Shown here one piece after another: positions 61,817 through 64,000 of a DNA stretch of 64,000 nt. The notes beneath the pieces were generated by a model that did not search any database, was not told where the DNA came from, and saw only the letters and a program-made list of their open reading frames with translations. Each line of letters begins with the position of its first letter. Position 1 is the first letter of the stretch. The stretch is from Chlorobiota bacterium. GTDB lineage: Bacteria; Bacteroidota; Ignavibacteria; Kapaibacteriales; NICIL-2. The translations under genes were made by a program, and so were the position numbers. The DNA lies in contig JBDHXF010000001.1 of the NCBI GenBank assembly GCA_039810585.1, forward strand, positions 89,223 through 153,222, in the 5' to 3' direction.

Positions 61817-62377
61817 ATGAAACACGGGCTTGTTGTACTCATTGCCTTGCTTCTTATGAATTCTGCTCAGGCTCATGCTCCGGCTCAAACGAGCTTTTAT
61901 GATTTTGTTGTGAAGGATATTAACGGTCACGAATTGGCTCTCAGCAGCTTTAAAGGGAAAGTGGTCCTCGTGGTAAACGTCGCCTCCCATTGTGGATATA
62001 CACCTCAGTATAAAGGGTTGGAGGCGTTGTACCGGAAGTATAAGGATAAGGGACTCGTAGTACTCGGTTTTCCGGCAAACAACTTTGGTGCCCAGGAGCC
62101 GGGAACAGATGCGGAAATCAAGAGTTTTTGCTCAACTACGTACGATGTAAGCTTCCCCATGTGTTCCAAAATTTCGGTTCTGGGTGATGATATGCACCCC
62201 CTCTACCGCATGCTTACGGCCGATCACGGAGAGCATTCACCTCAGGGAGATATTAAGTGGAACTTTGAAAAGTTTCTCATCTCTAAAACCGGCGCGATCA
62301 TTGGCCGCTACCATTCAAACGTAACGCCGGAAAACTCGGACCTCGTGCGCGCCATTGAATCCGCTTTAGGATCCTAA
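61817..62377 (+). CDS. glutathione peroxidase (secreted/periplasmic)
   Basis: Signal peptide, then [17 protein letters not shown]...[14 protein letters not shown], the GPx catalytic motifs. Confidence 0.9.
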   Translation: MKHGLVVLIALLLMNSAQAHAPAQTSFYDFVVKDINGHELALSSFKGKVVLVVNVASHCGYTPQYKGLEALYRKYKDKGLVVLGFPANNFGAQEPGTDAEIKSFCSTTYDVSFPMCSKISVLGDDMHPLYRMLTADHGEHSPQGDIKWNFEKFLISKTGAIIGRYHSNVTPENSDLVRAIESALGS

Positions 62378-62525
62378 GTCTGAAGGATATGCGACCCGTC
62401 AATGTTCCGAATCACATCTGGTTTACCCACGGGTCGTCAAGTTGCCTAAACGCCACCAGGCTGGCCAATACACGACTGCGTTGGCGGACTTAGCGGGAAC
62501 TAAGAACTGTGATCCTTTAGTGAGC

Positions 62526-62879
62526 TTAGGAATTCTCGTCTGTTTGCAGATCTGCAAAGGCTTGGTCTTTGGTGTCGTAAAACTCGAACAGCCATTCCAT
62601 TTGCGAAATGCGCAGGAGGTTGCGCACCGTTTCGCGAACTCCCACTAAAATAACCGGAGCATCATGGTCCTTGAGTTGACGATGAGCCAGCAACAAACTG
62701 CTTAAACCGGTGGAATCCGCATAGTCGACTTTAGCAAGGTCGATAATCAAGGCATCAATGTCAGGTTGACAGACAATGAGCAGCTCCGCTTTCACATCCG
62801 GTGCGACGGTTGAGTCCAAGCGGTTTTCTTTTAGGGTAAAAACGACGATGTTATCGTCCTGCTCAATCGAAAATTTCAT
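62526..62879 (-). CDS. STAS-domain protein (anti-sigma-factor antagonist-like)
   Basis: 117 aa with an SpoIIAA-like fold pattern and the conserved DSTGLSSLL region. Confidence 0.72.
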   Translation of the reverse strand: MKFSIEQDDNIVVFTLKENRLDSTVAPDVKAELLIVCQPDIDALIIDLAKVDYADSTGLSSLLLAHRQLKDHDAPVILVGVRETVRNLLRISQMEWLFEFYDTKDQAFADLQTDENS

Positions 62880-63029
62880 ACAAGTCCTCGGTACAACTGA
62901 TTCCTTCGTCAACAAAAATAGAATATTTCCGGGAGCGACAATGGCAGAGGGCTATTCAATCTGCTCGGGGAATGTGTGAGGAATGTGTGAGGAAAGTGCG
63001 ATAAGGACATTGATCTCAAGTATCAATGC

Positions 63030-63938
63030 TTAGGAAGTGGCAGTATCCGCCCACAGAGGCATGCTCAAAATGAAGGTTGCGCCTTTTCCTGCCTCGCTTT
63101 GCAGCTCGATGCTTCCATTCATGTGTTCAACGAGTTTCTTGGCGATCGACAGCCCCAAACCGGTTGAACTTTCACCGCCGGTTGGACGAGCGGATAGGCG
63201 GGCAAATTTTTGGAAGAGCGACTTCTTATCCTCCTCCGTAAATCCGGCACCCTGATCACTTACCATCGCACGAACAAAGTCACCATCGATAAACACACTC
63301 ACTCGTACTTCCTTCCCCGTAGGAGAGTATTTGGCTGAATTGGAAATGAGGTTATCCAATGCTTCCTTTAAGCGAATAGGATCTGCCAAGACTATACAGC
63401 CAACCTGCAGCTCGGTGATGAGATGCAGATGTTTGTTCTCGAAATGTGGTCGGTAATGATCCAGCAAATCGGAGCTAATTGCCGCAACATCCACTTTCTG
63501 CATATCGAAGCGAAGCTTGCCGGTTTCGAGAGCATTGGCGTCCAGAAGCGAGGTGATGAGGTTAGTGATGTCGTTCGAGGCATTAATAATCCGCCCCGCA
63601 GCCGCCTGCATGATGCTGTCCTCGCGAGTCATCGGGTAGCGTTTAATGCCTTCTGCCGCCAAGCGAATTCCGGCGATGAAGTTTTTGATATCGTGAGATA
63701 CCACACCAAGAAGATCATTCTTATCCTGATTCAGTTCACGTAGCTGCAGATTGGCATTCTCGAGTTCGAGGTTTATTTCGTTGGTGACAATCTGTTGTTG
63801 CTCAATGTCTGAGTAAGCCGACGCCAGCGCGTCTGATTTTTCCTGTAAGGACTTAATGGCATCGGCAAGTTCGACGTTACGCAGGCGATAAATCTCGCGG
63901 TCACGAGCGGCTCGCTCGATATTGAAGCGGATCTCCAT
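63030..63938 (-). CDS. sensor histidine kinase (HisKA + HATPase_c); may extend upstream beyond annotated start
   Basis: H-box VVSHDIKNF; N, G1 and G2 boxes (DQGAGF, GGESSTGLGLSIAKK). The coiled-coil N-terminus has no stop before the window edge region. Confidence 0.8.
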   Translation of the reverse strand: MEIRFNIERAARDREIYRLRNVELADAIKSLQEKSDALASAYSDIEQQQIVTNEINLELENANLQLRELNQDKNDLLGVVSHDIKNFIAGIRLAAEGIKRYPMTREDSIMQAAAGRIINASNDITNLITSLLDANALETGKLRFDMQKVDVAAISSDLLDHYRPHFENKHLHLITELQVGCIVLADPIRLKEALDNLISNSAKYSPTGKEVRVSVFIDGDFVRAMVSDQGAGFTEEDKKSLFQKFARLSARPTGGESSTGLGLSIAKKLVEHMNGSIELQSEAGKGATFILSMPLWADTATS

Positions 63939-64000
63939 AACCGAGAGAAGCTTCTCCTTATCCCCGGCCAGAATCTCAGCTCGTATGGCGCTCGCACGTT

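Overview
The window is a 64 kb chromosomal segment of about 55% GC, most likely from an FCB-group bacterium (Bacteroidota/Rhodothermota/Ignavibacteriota-like). That placement is inferred from several secreted proteins with T9SS-type C-terminal sorting domains, a kynurenine-pathway kmo-nadC pair, and a flavobacterial-type carotenoid cluster. Most of the content is housekeeping: cysS, rnr, ndk, sucD, groES-groEL with a CIRCE operator, metG, purF, ssb, rpsU, an ABC exporter and an acyl-CoA dehydrogenase. The accessory content is a seven-gene carotenoid locus (crtI-crtB-secreted protein | SRPBCC-crtZ-lycopene cyclase-glycosyltransferase), T9SS cargo genes, a PAS-UbiA prenyltransferase fusion, and a membrane GAF-GAF-degenerate-GGDEF protein. 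No tRNA, rRNA, CRISPR array, transposase or integrase was recognised. The most unusual sequence-level signals are listed below.
- A 43-bp exact duplicate of a distant intergenic sequence sits in the 3' end of ssb. It truncates SSB and leaves the canonical ...EESDDIPF tail encoded out of frame just downstream.
- An approximately 230-bp module comprising the groEL 3' end plus downstream hairpins is present twice as a direct repeat, bracketing an mscS gene.
- A hairpin-element family has conserved outer stems and compensatory inner-stem changes.
- A triple 21-bp-spaced TTGATCAG direct-repeat array lies inside the carotenoid locus.
- A 22-nt GAAGCGCGAAGCGC motif recurs upstream of groES, the PAS-prenyltransferase gene and rpsU.
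All calls rest on reading the six-frame translations against remembered family motifs; no database search was possible.
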